Virus record (IMG/VR): IMGVR_UViG_3300020570_000012 | Span: 1 to 61,094 of that record | DNA length: 61,094 bases | Reading direction: 5' to 3' (one strand) | Source of the DNA: a virus | Lineage: Duplodnaviria > Caudoviricetes | Shown: positions 22,601 to 30,894 of the stretch, piece after piece | Layout: the number at the start of each line of letters is the position of its first letter | Numbering within the stretch: the stretch's first letter is position 1 | Made by a program: the position numbers and the translations under genes | Notes under the pieces: model-generated | Told to the model about the DNA's origin: nothing | The model's database searches: none | Seen by the model: the letters and a program-made list of their open reading frames with translations, nothing else

Positions 22601-25600
22601 GCACCAGTACCATCACCTGTTGCATTTAAATCAGGAGTAGAATAATATTCAGAACCCGTACTTAAAACTTGAACATCAATAATTCTACCATTTGAAACAA
22701 TAGGATTTAATTGAGCATTTTTACCATTCTTTAATGTGATTAAAGGTTTTTTATGTAGATTTAATGTATTTGATCCATATTCAGTTCCATTCTCATACAG
22801 ATAAGATCCTATAATCTCACCAGTGACGATTGGAGTGAATGTAAAATTGCCGGTAAAAGTTGACCCATAAGAAACATTGGCGTTGACTTCAATTGGTGGA
22901 TATTCGAAAATGTGATATCCAGATCCTACTGATTTAATATCAACGTATTTGCCTCTTGTAAGATCTGTGGTTACAGTAGCTCCAATTCCTACGTTAATTA
23001 ATCTAAATGAATCTGAGTCAATTAGATCTATCGAGTAATTGGTAGTAGTTGATAATCCTGAAATTGAGGTTCCAGTTGTTGAATAGAATACAATATCACC
23101 CGAAGAAAACCCATGATTCTTAAATGTAACAGTATTATATTCAGTAGAAATTCCTGATGGTTGGACTCTTAATTTTCTGTATTGATATCCAGATCCACCT
23201 GCTAAAACTTTTATACTTCTAAGAGTATTTTTTGATACAGTTCTAAATTTATGAATACCTGCAAATGAAGTTGAAGTTGAAAATCCAATTGTATTAATAC
23301 CAGCTAAGTAATCAGATCTTGTGTTAAAAAGTTTAATCGTTCTGGTATTAACAAATTTTGCGACATACTCATCGCCACTCACCAAAGTTCCAGTAGGAGT
23401 ATTTGAAATATCTCCAAAAGTTCCAACTAAAATAGGATTGTTTCCATTTTGATTGTAAATTACTCTTTCACCATCAGCAAAATTGTGGAACGTTGTGAAG
23501 GTAATAGTTTCGTCAGTTAAATCAACTCCACCACCAATAGTAAGTGCTCTACTATCAAAATCAACTTCTCTAAATCTTTCACCCATTACTGGTTCTAGGA
23601 TGCATCCAGATCCATTACCACCAGTTACAGTAACTGAAAGAACCTTATCAATATCAAAATCTTGTGGATCAACATAAACTGCTTTTACAGTACCACTAAT
23701 AATTGGATCAACAAGCGCAGTGACTCCTGTTCCAGTGGTAGATCCAGTGGAAATTGTAATTTTTGGAGGATTAACAACATCATAATCTTTACCAGAATTT
23801 AATACATCAAATTCCTTTATAGGTCCATAGTAAATTTTATCAAGTGATTCTGGACTAGAAATTTCAACACCATCAATTAAAATTCCAATTCCACCAATAG
23901 TATTATTAATCGATCTTCTCAAATCAGTGCCTGGATTTGAAGAAATCTTTTGAATTGGGAACTTTCTTAAAATCTTATTTGGCGATATTGATCTATCTTC
24001 ATGTTTTTTTAATGTAAATCTATGAATTCCAGATGTTGAATTCTCAGAAAACTTGACATATTCAGACCCACTTAAAAGTCCTTTCGAGGCATATAATCTT
24101 ATACTATTCGATGCAACTACTTTGACATAGTATTCAAATCCAGATACTAATCCAGAAAGTGGTTCATCAGAAGTATATACTACTATATCACCATCAATAA
24201 ATCTAACATTTGATGGGAATTTAATTATTGAATATGCCTGAGCAACATTATCATAGTCATCCAAATAAGTTGAAGATCCATTAGGTATAGAAGCATCTAT
24301 AATTTCATCATTGATTTGATACGAAGGTAAAGAATTTGATGCAACATAACCTAATTTATCACTATCGCTATAAACGTTTAAAATATTTGAAATATAATTG
24401 TTATTTCCCAACAAGAGTGGTACATTTAAACTACTCGATTTTTTAATTTTTCTTCGGATGTCATAAGACTGGGTTGAACTTGGTAAAAATCCAGAAATAT
24501 TACTTAGAATAACTTGGTTTAAAGCACTATTGATGTTGGTAACTACTGCATTTGCAGAAGCAATATTATTAGTATATGCATATAAAATATCAACAATATC
24601 ACCCTCACGTAAACTAGACTTATCAATCACACTCAACAGTGTAAAAGTTGATCCAGAAATATTTGATACTTGATATCTTGTGCTTGTATTGTAAATCCAA
24701 GAATTTGCAAATATTTCTTTATAAGTCCTATCTTCCGCTGGATTTTTAATTACTTCTCCAAGATTTTTAACCGTTAGTTCTTCACCCTCATCTACAAGAG
24801 AGATATCCCCAACCTCTTCAAATTCTGAAATAACACCTGTTATGCGAAGATCAACTCTTTTTGATATATCTCCATTTTCATAACCATAGATCGTTTCATT
24901 TGATCTAATGTCTGAGGCAATAGTTATTGTACTAGTAATTCCTGTACAACCAAAAAATTGATTTATACTCTTTGATGTATATTCGATTATATCATTTCCA
25001 CATATTAAAGTTCCTGTCTGCCCAAATCCAATTGTAGAATCAACAGGAATAATTGAAGATCCTACTGAAACTGATTCTAAAATTCTTGTTTTACCTGGAA
25101 TTGTAAAAATACCTTCAATTAGGTCTCTTTCATTATATCCTACAAATAATCCCAACTTGTAATATGTTTCATTATTTCTTGTAAAAACTTCAATATCAGA
25201 GACTGATGCATTTGTGTTTACATCTGTCGATTTAAATATAGTTTGACCTTCTAATTTAAAAGGATCTCCAGAAATATTTTTGGCTACAACAAGTTCTCTT
25301 CTAATATAATCGGCAGATGATGGTTTAATTAATCTACCTTCAAGATCTAAAACAATTGCATCTGCACCATATAAAACTTTAAATAAAATTTTAACAGACT
25401 CTTCAATACCTTTTGATTGGTAGAAGTTTCTTGCATGTTTAATAAAATTACCTACATCAAGATCAGAAACAAAATCATAATTTTCCAGTCCAGGAGTAAA
25501 TGTATACTTTAACTTTTTATAAAATTCTTGTAAGAATAAAACGCTTAAATTGATTACTTTTGAATTTTTGGTATGACTTGCTTCAGTTGTCTTGGAAAAA

Positions 25601-26040
25601 GTTAAACTTTGTTTGTTGACGTTATCATCAAAACTTGATATGCCAACATTGTTGTAGTTTGTAATTCCACTAAATCCACGAATACATCCAGTAAAGGTAT
25701 TTGTCGTAATACCACTGTAAGTGATAATTTCATTATCAATTTTTAGAAGTCCATATTCGGATGGAAATCCTTTTGTTGAGGTGACAGTAATAATTCCAAC
25801 AGAAGATGTTACATCATATGATAAAATTGTTTCTCCATTAATAACTTCTGGAACCAAATTATCAAGCTTTAAATACTGATCTAAATTTTCAACAATGTCT
25901 ACATTTCCACCTTGAAATTCTTGGGAAATGTAATATTGTTTGAAGAATTCAGTTGCTTTTGGAAAATCCGAAACTATAAATTCTGGAAGTTGACTCTCAA
26001 TAATTTTATTGATTTGTACTCTCTTCTCAAAATCTGACAT
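13657..26040 (-). CDS. gp7: Baseplate wedge initiator gp7-like giant protein (4127 aa)
   Basis: QLPEF...FFKQYY, FIKHARNFYQSKG, DNDYYQNLSYSIKS..HPAG; lies between gp6 and gp8; internal YHYH-like segment. Confidence 0.88.
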   Translation of the reverse strand: MSDFEKRVQINKIIESQLPEFIVSDFPKATEFFKQYYISQEFQGGNVDIVENLDQYLKLDNLVPEVINGETILSYDVTSSVGIITVTSTKGFPSEYGLLKIDNEIITYSGITTNTFTGCIRGFSGITNYNNVGISSFDDNVNKQSLTFSKTTEASHTKNSKVINLSVLFLQEFYKKLKYTFTPGLENYDFVSDLDVGNFIKHARNFYQSKGIEESVKILFKVLYGADAIVLDLEGRLIKPSSADYIRRELVVAKNISGDPFKLEGQTIFKSTDVNTNASVSDIEVFTRNNETYYKLGLFVGYNERDLIEGIFTIPGKTRILESVSVGSSIIPVDSTIGFGQTGTLICGNDIIEYTSKSINQFFGCTGITSTITIASDIRSNETIYGYENGDISKRVDLRITGVISEFEEVGDISLVDEGEELTVKNLGEVIKNPAEDRTYKEIFANSWIYNTSTRYQVSNISGSTFTLLSVIDKSSLREGDIVDILYAYTNNIASANAVVTNINSALNQVILSNISGFLPSSTQSYDIRRKIKKSSSLNVPLLLGNNNYISNILNVYSDSDKLGYVASNSLPSYQINDEIIDASIPNGSSTYLDDYDNVAQAYSIIKFPSNVRFIDGDIVVYTSDEPLSGLVSGFEYYVKVVASNSIRLYASKGLLSGSEYVKFSENSTSGIHRFTLKKHEDRSISPNKILRKFPIQKISSNPGTDLRRSINNTIGGIGILIDGVEISSPESLDKIYYGPIKEFDVLNSGKDYDVVNPPKITISTGSTTGTGVTALVDPIISGTVKAVYVDPQDFDIDKVLSVTVTGGNGSGCILEPVMGERFREVDFDSRALTIGGGVDLTDETITFTTFHNFADGERVIYNQNGNNPILVGTFGDISNTPTGTLVSGDEYVAKFVNTRTIKLFNTRSDYLAGINTIGFSTSTSFAGIHKFRTVSKNTLRSIKVLAGGSGYQYRKLRVQPSGISTEYNTVTFKNHGFSSGDIVFYSTTGTSISGLSTTTNYSIDLIDSDSFRLINVGIGATVTTDLTRGKYVDIKSVGSGYHIFEYPPIEVNANVSYGSTFTGNFTFTPIVTGEIIGSYLYENGTEYGSNTLNLHKKPLITLKNGKNAQLNPIVSNGRIIDVQVLSTGSEYYSTPDLNATGDGTGAILRPVINDGKITDVIVINSGIGYSSTNATIQVKPKGSGALFDVKVRDLTVNDAERYAAYSRLRTPKIFSSLNKNLVDNSLVYGIYGYSEDLATNYSDNGVSHSPIIGWAYDGNPIYGPYGYSNPDDVQSGVRIINPSYSLNTTKVSNRPSFSSGFFIEDFEYDGNGDLDRHNGRFCKTPEFPNGVYAYFAGVTTSIVSNKLEPLYPYFIGNTFKSSFIQENSYLDQSFDFNNSNLIRNTLPYKLNDKYANYDFLVEPYEVLPQVSVIESVKKGDVNDISIVDGGTGYKIGETINFDQEDTGGIGLRAEISELIGKNITQIETNFESYSPCVFVWSTDEVVSAHYRSGFNLIDNDTVLISGLSTSIINLSGSKKIGFTTETVGLAKTMNSYSSTPGGLIEDIFVSTRPTVSIGGSIFIRSDLGTETVRVLNDYNNGVLRVKRYASSGVAHTYGSSLNVISDRISIKSKSKIPLFESKNNDLVYFNAKNSVGVGTTPGGAVYKEFTIGVTTQTVSIPYRSIYLPNHPFKTGQRITFTKSDLAGVDSLIVGNDPSNLNTFQIPNTTTLTSDVYIISKGKDYVGLVTQVGLTTNSEGLYFYSDGSNNSEYLLQTNYNQVTGQVDRVVTTISVAQTHGLSEGDTIKLTVSPNTVVGLGTTSALTVAFNEDEKKLLINPIGINSSQINITTNTITIADHGYNTGDKIFYNSTQVASGLETGSYYVIRDSSSQFRLAETRYETVPPNQKVVNIVGTGASIHTFALINPSIDVVKNSTIKFNLGDSSLSGYKLKIFKDAKFTDEFISTSDSGDFNVIGIGTVGFGTAALSIEYTENLPSKLFYALEKSGYISTSDKDVANNSQINYVNSEYNGTYNIFGVSTDSFSISPSKVPTVLKYTVDQTDKLEYSTKSSTAINGTIGKVKIISEGFNFKKLPKFANIESENGQNANVLAISTSIGKIKNVRIKDIGYEYPSDKTLTPEAFISPIINLDNLDTIDQIDIVFGGSRYLTAPDLLLWNDKTKTVIDNSSLVAITPSGAISEVKQIAPIYGLKSDLHKIISINNSNGVGISSIVTGNAGVATCTLATPILGFSSPLFADGDEIFVEGIDLIDGSTGTGYNSENYDYRFFKIQSYVNSNPAVLTFAVVDELGAGLSTNPGIAKTFQSGYASIINKKYYPEINIIKKRAKFASNEQLFVNVGSGFAEQDLFVSAIRDEFIKVNGSYSLKKGDQIKGKISGVIADVISIKENKSRFKVDYSSKQNIGWRNDTGKLSEDYQVTPDNDYYQNLSYSIKSPITWDKSSSPVNSIIHPAGLKNFADVGIISATKASVGLSGTTNSIAVLDIIEERRVDVINNFDNVVDYDTRTNPEQSKFLKIQNKKLTDYTECRTNRVLIHDDISNRFSSRGFEDPFVEIEEIDAIDTHVRYTIQVVDPDTLYSQITELVLQTSTLDSILFEKYTAYTDELLGEFSANVDDSGRKTLLFTPTNRFDRDHDIKILKKTFAAPSTGIGTYAFGSINLIGSSIIGISTVGTANSIRTIAQFSNTNFNGLFANIEVTNTLSKEVNYIEAALDFDGSNTHLSEYYFDTKTQSYSSSSIGLVTAIYDSTAGIVSFRVQNEENNVIDVRANIVGFAATSAGIGTYRFLVSGQPAGSERSAKLESTVGVGTTSIVVGTFDLNLVTSVSSIVRVSSGSSSAIHQVSILNDTENVTIVPGPFSPANNVTGLGTFGGQIFGDKFYLNFYPDSSNTNTSVQGFNEVLYTYSDFDNEPLQLNYGNTNQRLFLSAYDSINGTRANKVNFSLKHEGVPIYKKIFDPSDTTTVDFATGIFTIRNHFFNTGEELTYNPRSTFIGVGQSAMGIGATANYLGIVTDKLPEKVYPIALTPDTFKLATQKSYAALGIAVTFTSAGLGNAHELDMSKKLSKSVISLDGIVQQPITFTPISHKLQYNSGGISVGIATFNLSGISSIQPRDILKIDDEYMKVVEVGVSSNTGGNITGIINASGIATFPTVSVVRASVGSTATTHSDGATVQVYRGSFNIVGSEIWFADPPKGNTRARRDASNLPYVRAQYAGRTFLRSNYDTNMVFDDISDQFTGIGKTYTTTVEGINTTGVSIGNGILFINGVFQTPTTINNAGNNYEFVNDNVAGISSVVFTGITSTDGTYIKSDFDINQNQLPRGGLIVSLGSTPGLGYAPLLGAKVRAVLDGSGSIVSITGISHTGPGQSISTASYNNQTGIIEITTVTDHNFVGGDRIKLVGLGFTCPSGAGIVSYFPSRGLDYSYDIVGILSAKSFTANVGTSTLPHSYIGLGTVFPWYDLNYGSGYRDPVSIAVTDSNHTGVAASIRATVGAGGTLAFTVVTAGSGYVEPYIRTPEPIYENLPVIGVSRVGVGSTTQTGSNLLMNIKIGPSPSTVGIGSTLFVVESFQISRPGYAFQVGDVFKPIGLVTAKDYAQPLDEFKLEVVETYQDFFSSWSFGEMNYIDSVSTLQNGSRTRFPLYYNGQLLSFEVDPNNPLSGAINLDAVLLIFVNGVIQEPSYAYRFFGGTSFEFTEPPKSSDKVDIFFYIGQDGVDISLIDVNETIKIGDDVFVKTSPFYPSISSQERDRTIVDIIGSDTVETDLYVGTGINETYYRPIEWIKQKNDKYIKGDIVYKTRDSLEPYVYPTAKIIGDLTSGSSNIFVDNAQFFNYEENNYGVTITSVDGLIVQGTDPISAGFTATVSAAGTISAITITNAGLGYSTNVPIKISNPTVGVGTFALESVGLGVGIGIGTTATAIANVSGGKVVSVTITNPGFGYTIAPNLIVEVPSATTETITGIANVQGFSGIITGISTTTGTGGHPLALKINFRANASDANDLQTGYPILVYNTTVGTGVTSVNSSDSSIVGIGTSFLDNVYIVNSKTNSGPNAEIICNIKTNTNIVGIATTGSTTLPLGNISWGRLYNFAIRPNPISIGVTGLVVDAGLSTFPTIQRRTFGLRNSGAIRKLSNLS

Positions 26041-26043
26041 ATT

Positions 26044-28020
26044 TTATTTCCTCTCGATTTCTCCGTTAGAATAACTTGAAGTATAGTAGTCTCTTGTAAA
26101 AGTAACTCCGGAAATATCCTCTCCCGAAGCAATAACATCTCTAAGCATATTTATCTCACTATTTGAAATATCAAAACTCAAATACAGATCTTTTAGTCCA
26201 ACGACATCATTAGAATCTGGGAACGCCTGAACTTCAATAATTTCATTATCCGCAACAGTTGAAGTGATGTTAATTGTATTAACAATGATTTCTCCATTTG
26301 TATAATCAACTGTGCCAATTGATTTTAGAACAACCTGATTTTGTCCCTTTTCTGTCGGTAGAATAACTGCCAAATCACCCATGTATATAATGTTTCCATT
26401 TCCATCCGTTTTACTATCATCCAATTTAACAACTTCTTTACCGTTACTACCAATTACTATTTTTGTTTTTGGAACATCTGTGAAATAGACAATATCATCA
26501 GAACCTTGAACTTTAAATCCTGTGCTTTTGATATTAAATCCTTCTGGGTTAATATGGAAACGATTTCCAAAACATAGTTCATATTGTGCAAATTGATTCA
26601 CAAGAACTTTCATATCTCTTCTAATTCTTACCTTTGTAATATTAGAAGTAATTGAATTATCAACTCTGTCAATCAATTGTACAACTTTACTATATTTGAA
26701 TCTACCACCAAATCTATTCATATCAACATTTTTGGAATATTCAGTCAATGAAGAAATAATCGATGTTTTTAAATCATCGACATTTGAAACTTGATTTACA
26801 TTATAATAAACAGTTGAATCAATTTCAACGTATAGAACTTTAAGATCAACAATTTTTTGATTAATACCTGCAATAGAATATTGTTTTAATCTATTCAAAA
26901 TATTTTGCTTATCAAAATCTGAAACATATGTTCCATTTTTTGGTTTAATGCTAATCTGAACCGTTCCAAATTGTGGTGGGATTAATTCTTCACCACCAAC
27001 AACTGCAACAGATTCTGCGTTTGGATAAATCGATTGAATGATTGCCTCATAATCCCTTGACGTTACTGCTCTATACTGTGCAGAATAAAGTCTTGGAGCA
27101 AAATACTTAACAGATGCTATTGGTTCAATTTCTCCACCATTTGATGACTTTTCAATCGTATTGATTGTGATAGATCCAGATGGAATTACTCTGATATTTG
27201 AGGCATCAACAAAATTTCCCTGAAAATCAAATACAGTTGCACCGTTACCTCTTTCACCATCTGTTACAATGTATTTTGCAGTAATAACCGAATTATTATC
27301 AAGTTTCTTACCAAAATATCCATCACCAAAAAGAAGTTCATATTTCTCATCCTGAACTTCTTGAACCAAATAAATTTCAGAATTCTTATCTAATCTTAGA
27401 ATATTATCTACTTTATAATACTCTCTACCAACTCCACTATCATTGATACCCTTTACATAGACAACAAGTCTTGAAATATCAATGTTTGGGTTTTCGAGAA
27501 TAAATCTTTGATCTTGAGAATTATCAACGGTCCATTGCTTCGTTAATAAGTTTCCTTGATAAATGTAAACTGGTGAAGTTGATGATCCAAACTTTGCAAC
27601 TCCATTCTTTACTGTTGTCGTAATATCTTCGGAAATCGAAAATCTATATGATGTGTTATCATACGATCCAACACATACCAGACCCGCTTGAAGCGTTAGA
27701 AAAGCACTCGAGGTGCTAGTAGGAACCTCAAAGGTAACTGCCGCCCTAGAAGCGGTTTTAGAGCGGGGTACGTACCCAATGTTTCTTGCAAGAGAGACTA
27801 CATTTTCTCTAACAGTTGCAGAATCCAAGAAGGATTCGTTAACAACCATGTTTGAGTTGAATGCCGTAATATAAGTGTTATATGCAAGAGTATCAATTAA
27901 AACAGAGAAATTAGACCCTTCAAAGTCAAAATCCGTGAAATTTGAATTTGCACGGAGATAATCTTTGATCTGAGTTTTAATCTGATCGAAATCTAAGTTC
28001 GTAAACTGTGTAAAAGGCAT
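26044..28020 (-). CDS. gp6: Baseplate wedge subunit gp6
   Basis: LDFDQIK...FTDFDFEGSNFSVLIDTLAYNTY, QYRAVTSRDY. Confidence 0.95.
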   Translation of the reverse strand: MPFTQFTNLDFDQIKTQIKDYLRANSNFTDFDFEGSNFSVLIDTLAYNTYITAFNSNMVVNESFLDSATVRENVVSLARNIGYVPRSKTASRAAVTFEVPTSTSSAFLTLQAGLVCVGSYDNTSYRFSISEDITTTVKNGVAKFGSSTSPVYIYQGNLLTKQWTVDNSQDQRFILENPNIDISRLVVYVKGINDSGVGREYYKVDNILRLDKNSEIYLVQEVQDEKYELLFGDGYFGKKLDNNSVITAKYIVTDGERGNGATVFDFQGNFVDASNIRVIPSGSITINTIEKSSNGGEIEPIASVKYFAPRLYSAQYRAVTSRDYEAIIQSIYPNAESVAVVGGEELIPPQFGTVQISIKPKNGTYVSDFDKQNILNRLKQYSIAGINQKIVDLKVLYVEIDSTVYYNVNQVSNVDDLKTSIISSLTEYSKNVDMNRFGGRFKYSKVVQLIDRVDNSITSNITKVRIRRDMKVLVNQFAQYELCFGNRFHINPEGFNIKSTGFKVQGSDDIVYFTDVPKTKIVIGSNGKEVVKLDDSKTDGNGNIIYMGDLAVILPTEKGQNQVVLKSIGTVDYTNGEIIVNTINITSTVADNEIIEVQAFPDSNDVVGLKDLYLSFDISNSEINMLRDVIASGEDISGVTFTRDYYTSSYSNGEIERK

Positions 28021-28021
28021 T

Positions 28022-28423
28022 TTATCTTGTTGCCTCTAATAAGAATGTAAATTGTTGTGTTGGAAAATCTTCTCCAATGATATCAAAAATGACAGTCACT
28101 TCGAAAGTATTGTCATCTGGCCTTGCATCAACATTAACAACTACATTATCTACACGAGTTTCAAAATTATTAATTGTAGTTCTAATTTGATCCTCAATTA
28201 CTCCTGCTGTACCATAATCTACAAATTCAAACAGACTTCTACGAACATTAGATCCGAGAAGAGGATTGAAAAACCTTTCTGTTGGAATTGTTTCAACCAA
28301 ATTTCTTACAGACCTGGCAATCGCTCTCTCATTAGATAAAACAGGCAGATCTTTTGTCACAGGATGAGGTTCAAAAGATAAACTAATATCCTTGAATGAT
28401 CTGGATATTCTTGTGACTGCCAT
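28022..28423 (-). CDS. gp25: Baseplate wedge subunit gp25
   Basis: FKDISLSF..HPVTKDL...AIARSVRNLVET...ERFFNPLLGS. Confidence 0.93.
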   Translation of the reverse strand: MAVTRISRSFKDISLSFEPHPVTKDLPVLSNERAIARSVRNLVETIPTERFFNPLLGSNVRRSLFEFVDYGTAGVIEDQIRTTINNFETRVDNVVVNVDARPDDNTFEVTVIFDIIGEDFPTQQFTFLLEATR

Positions 28424-28445
28424 TGATGGATAGGTTTTCTTGCTT

Positions 28446-28453
28446 TATTTATA
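28446..28453 (-). promoter_or_regulatory. T4-type late promoter TATAAATA
   Basis: tatttata on + strand just upstream of gp25. Confidence 0.75.
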
Positions 28454-28454
28454 C

Positions 28455-28694
28455 CTAGTGCCAGGAAGATCCATAGTTTGGTTCTGTTCCATATTCCCAA
28501 TCATCATAGTCTTCATCATTACGAATTTTTTCGTGCAATTCAGTTTGTTTTTTAAGGTCATGACGTGGTGCAGAGTCGTGCATGACCTCTTGAATCACTC
28601 TTTTTGGTTGTTCAGTATAATCAGTGATTAATTTTGTGGTTCCCCACATTGAATACATGTAATTTGAGTCTCTATCGACTGGTAAATTAGACAT
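28455..28694 (-). CDS. Conserved cyanophage hypothetical protein
   Basis: MWGTTKLITDY...HEKIRNDEDYDDWEYGTEP; operon context. Confidence 0.7.
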   Translation of the reverse strand: MSNLPVDRDSNYMYSMWGTTKLITDYTEQPKRVIQEVMHDSAPRHDLKKQTELHEKIRNDEDYDDWEYGTEPNYGSSWH

Positions 28695-28762
28695 TTTAGC
28701 TCCTGTTTTAAACGAATAAAACAGAACTTTTATAAAGGAGGTTGCTATCTCCTTATGTCTAT

Positions 28763-29104
28763 TTAACGATCGACTTCACGCAGCGAATAAAAGTCCGAAT
28801 TGAGATATTTGAGTATTTCTAGGGCGATTAATTTGGGATTTCCTTCACCACAAGTGTATACATCCACTGCCAGACACCCATTTTCAGGCCAAGTGTGGCA
28901 AGAAACATGACTTTCGGCAAGTGCAATCACGACTGTACAACCTTGTGGTATGAAACAGTGTGAAAATACGTTCAAAACGGTCATTTTCGCACGTTCAATA
29001 CCTCTAATCATGACGTTTTGTAGAGATTCTACGTCATTGATCAGGTCAAAATTAACATCATACACCTCGAGGAGCAGGTGTTTGCCCATTGAATGTTGTT
29101 TCAA
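28763..29104 (-). CDS. speD: S-adenosylmethionine decarboxylase proenzyme (SpeD family)
   Basis: GKHLLLE, LAESHVSCHTWPE (E-S self-cleavage site), VDVYTCG. Confidence 0.9.
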   Translation of the reverse strand: MKQHSMGKHLLLEVYDVNFDLINDVESLQNVMIRGIERAKMTVLNVFSHCFIPQGCTVVIALAESHVSCHTWPENGCLAVDVYTCGEGNPKLIALEILKYLNSDFYSLREVDR

Positions 29105-29127
29105 CTCAGGATTTTGTAAAAATTTAT

Positions 29128-29763
29128 TTATTTTTGTTCCAAATCAGTGATTTCGTACATATAATGATCTGATGTTTCAATTTTTCTTTTATTTTCGACA
29201 GAATAAACTGTTAGATCTATTTCATAACCAGGATTTTTATTAATTCTGTTGAATGTCCATGCATTATCATACCAAATAATGCGATTATTTGGATATGCGT
29301 AATAATTTCCCGTTTCTACCTTGAATAAATGGGCACATTTATGTTCAGGTGTCTCGGAAAAATTAAGATCCGTAACACCTTTGTTTTCCCAAGACCAATC
29401 AAGGGTAAACATATAAGTTCCAACGACTTTTTTTCCATCAGGACGAACTAATTCTGCCTGCAATCCTGCAAGCCGCGCACGTTTTTGGACATCGATATAG
29501 GGAGAAAAGCAGTCCCAATACATAATGTCTTCTAAGGGTTCGATTGGTGCATCTGGTTTCCAACAAAAAGCGTGAAGAGGACGACGAGTCCAATTCACGC
29601 CATTTTCAAGAAATGCCTCAAATAGAGGAACTCTTTTTTCAATACTTGCAACACAATGTACATCACATTTTGTTACTTCACCATGTCCCATTTTATGGTT
29701 AAAAAGAAATTCGTTACGAATATAACAAGACCAATCTGGAAGACTATGGTTTAAATATGCCAT
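29128..29763 (-). CDS. Conserved phage hypothetical protein
   Basis: 211 aa; YLN...WDCFS...YMFTLDW...EHKCAH...YPNNRI motif set. Confidence 0.75.
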   Translation of the reverse strand: MAYLNHSLPDWSCYIRNEFLFNHKMGHGEVTKCDVHCVASIEKRVPLFEAFLENGVNWTRRPLHAFCWKPDAPIEPLEDIMYWDCFSPYIDVQKRARLAGLQAELVRPDGKKVVGTYMFTLDWSWENKGVTDLNFSETPEHKCAHLFKVETGNYYAYPNNRIIWYDNAWTFNRINKNPGYEIDLTVYSVENKRKIETSDHYMYEITDLEQK

Positions 29764-29765
29764 GA

Positions 29766-29918
29766 TTAACCCTTACCTTGTCCTCTATACTTTTTACGAG
29801 CCCCATTGCGAGAAGACGCGGCATATTTAGTTCCCCCTCCATCGCCTTGGCGAGACTTTTTAGGAGGACCAGGAATATAAGATGTGCGCTTATTCAGTCC
29901 ACCACTTGCTTTTGCCAT
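29766..29918 (-). CDS. Small basic protein (50 aa, not in ORF track)
   Basis: Translated by hand: MAKASGGLNKRTSYIPGPPKKSRQGDGGGTKYAASSRNGARKKYRGQGKG; fills the intergenic gap exactly. Confidence 0.75.
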   Translation of the reverse strand: MAKASGGLNKRTSYIPGPPKKSRQGDGGGTKYAASSRNGARKKYRGQGKG

Positions 29919-29921
29919 TGT

Positions 29922-30086
29922 TTAATTCTCCAAATAAATTTCAGTGTCAAGTTCGCTTGGATTTGGAGAACCTGTCTGATAAAACTGTTGAGACAGATCC
30001 TCCATAGTGTCGAAGTATTCTTCCTCTGTAAGATTCTGAAAAATTTTACGACCCTTACAGAGAATATTATACCGCTCTTGTGCCAT
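29922..30086 (-). CDS. Small hypothetical protein
   Basis: Probable start MAQERYNIL, immediately after the stop of the 30088 gene. Confidence 0.7.
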   Translation of the reverse strand: MAQERYNILCKGRKIFQNLTEEEYFDTMEDLSQQFYQTGSPNPSELDTEIYLEN

Positions 30087-30087
30087 G

Positions 30088-30843
30088 TCAGATGATTCGT
30101 GACTTTTCGTGACCAACGCGAATGCGAGGATCACACCAGATTTCAAATCCTGCTTCTTTTGCATCCAAACAGAAGGATACGTCTTCTCCACACATGTCTT
30201 GTACTTCACCAGACTCAAAGACTTGCATCTTAGGAGCAAACCAAGGATACTTCATGTCCGTATGTTCAAAGACACCGTTCTTAATCAGAACCCAACCAAA
30301 ACCAGTGTAGTCAACAGTAAATGGTTTACGACGCTTTGAAATACTTTCACCAGTTTCATGATTCATCACTCCACCATTGCCTCTAAAATCATCTTCATCG
30401 AGCCAATGTGCAACAGAGGTCGTTTGACCATCTTCGGTCATATACCAACCAGCGGCAATGTCCTGATCCATCAGAATCAGTTGCCAGAACTTTTCGGTAT
30501 TGAAGACAATATCACTATCAATCCAAAGTTGCCAATCATATTTCAGTTTACCATCCCATGGCTTCTGATCGGGACCACGAAGAACATTTGCACCAAGACA
30601 CTTACAACGTGCAAAGTTCACCATAGAACTATAATCTTGTGAGATCTGAATACTTGCACCTGCCTGTACTAGATCAAAACAAAGTTGAACAAAGTTTTTT
30701 AGAAACGTATAAGAAACACCACGACCAGGAAGACAGAATACAATTGTCTTTCCACGTACCATTTCTCTTGCCTTATCGAAGTCCCATTCAGGTTCTTTTG
30801 CGACGACTGGCGATTTTGCTTTTACAGTAAATCCTTTTGTCAT
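30088..30843 (-). CDS. GT-A fold glycosyltransferase-like protein
   Basis: LWIDSDI (DxD), TGFGWVLIK and GEDVSFC motifs. Confidence 0.65.
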   Translation of the reverse strand: MTKGFTVKAKSPVVAKEPEWDFDKAREMVRGKTIVFCLPGRGVSYTFLKNFVQLCFDLVQAGASIQISQDYSSMVNFARCKCLGANVLRGPDQKPWDGKLKYDWQLWIDSDIVFNTEKFWQLILMDQDIAAGWYMTEDGQTTSVAHWLDEDDFRGNGGVMNHETGESISKRRKPFTVDYTGFGWVLIKNGVFEHTDMKYPWFAPKMQVFESGEVQDMCGEDVSFCLDAKEAGFEIWCDPRIRVGHEKSRII

Positions 30844-30865
30844 AACTTGATTAATTTACATTCAT

Positions 30866-30894
30866 ATCATACAATATTATGTAGCGGTTGTCAA
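30866..30894 (-). promoter_or_regulatory. Sigma70-type promoter TTGACA-N17-TATGAT
   Basis: tgtcaa at 30889-30894 and atcata at 30866-30871 on +. Confidence 0.7.

Noticed and set aside
2862-23677. Plus-strand and nested ORFs within the structural genes
   Set aside because: Antisense shadows of Thr/Gly/Ser-rich minus-strand genes with no recognisable motifs
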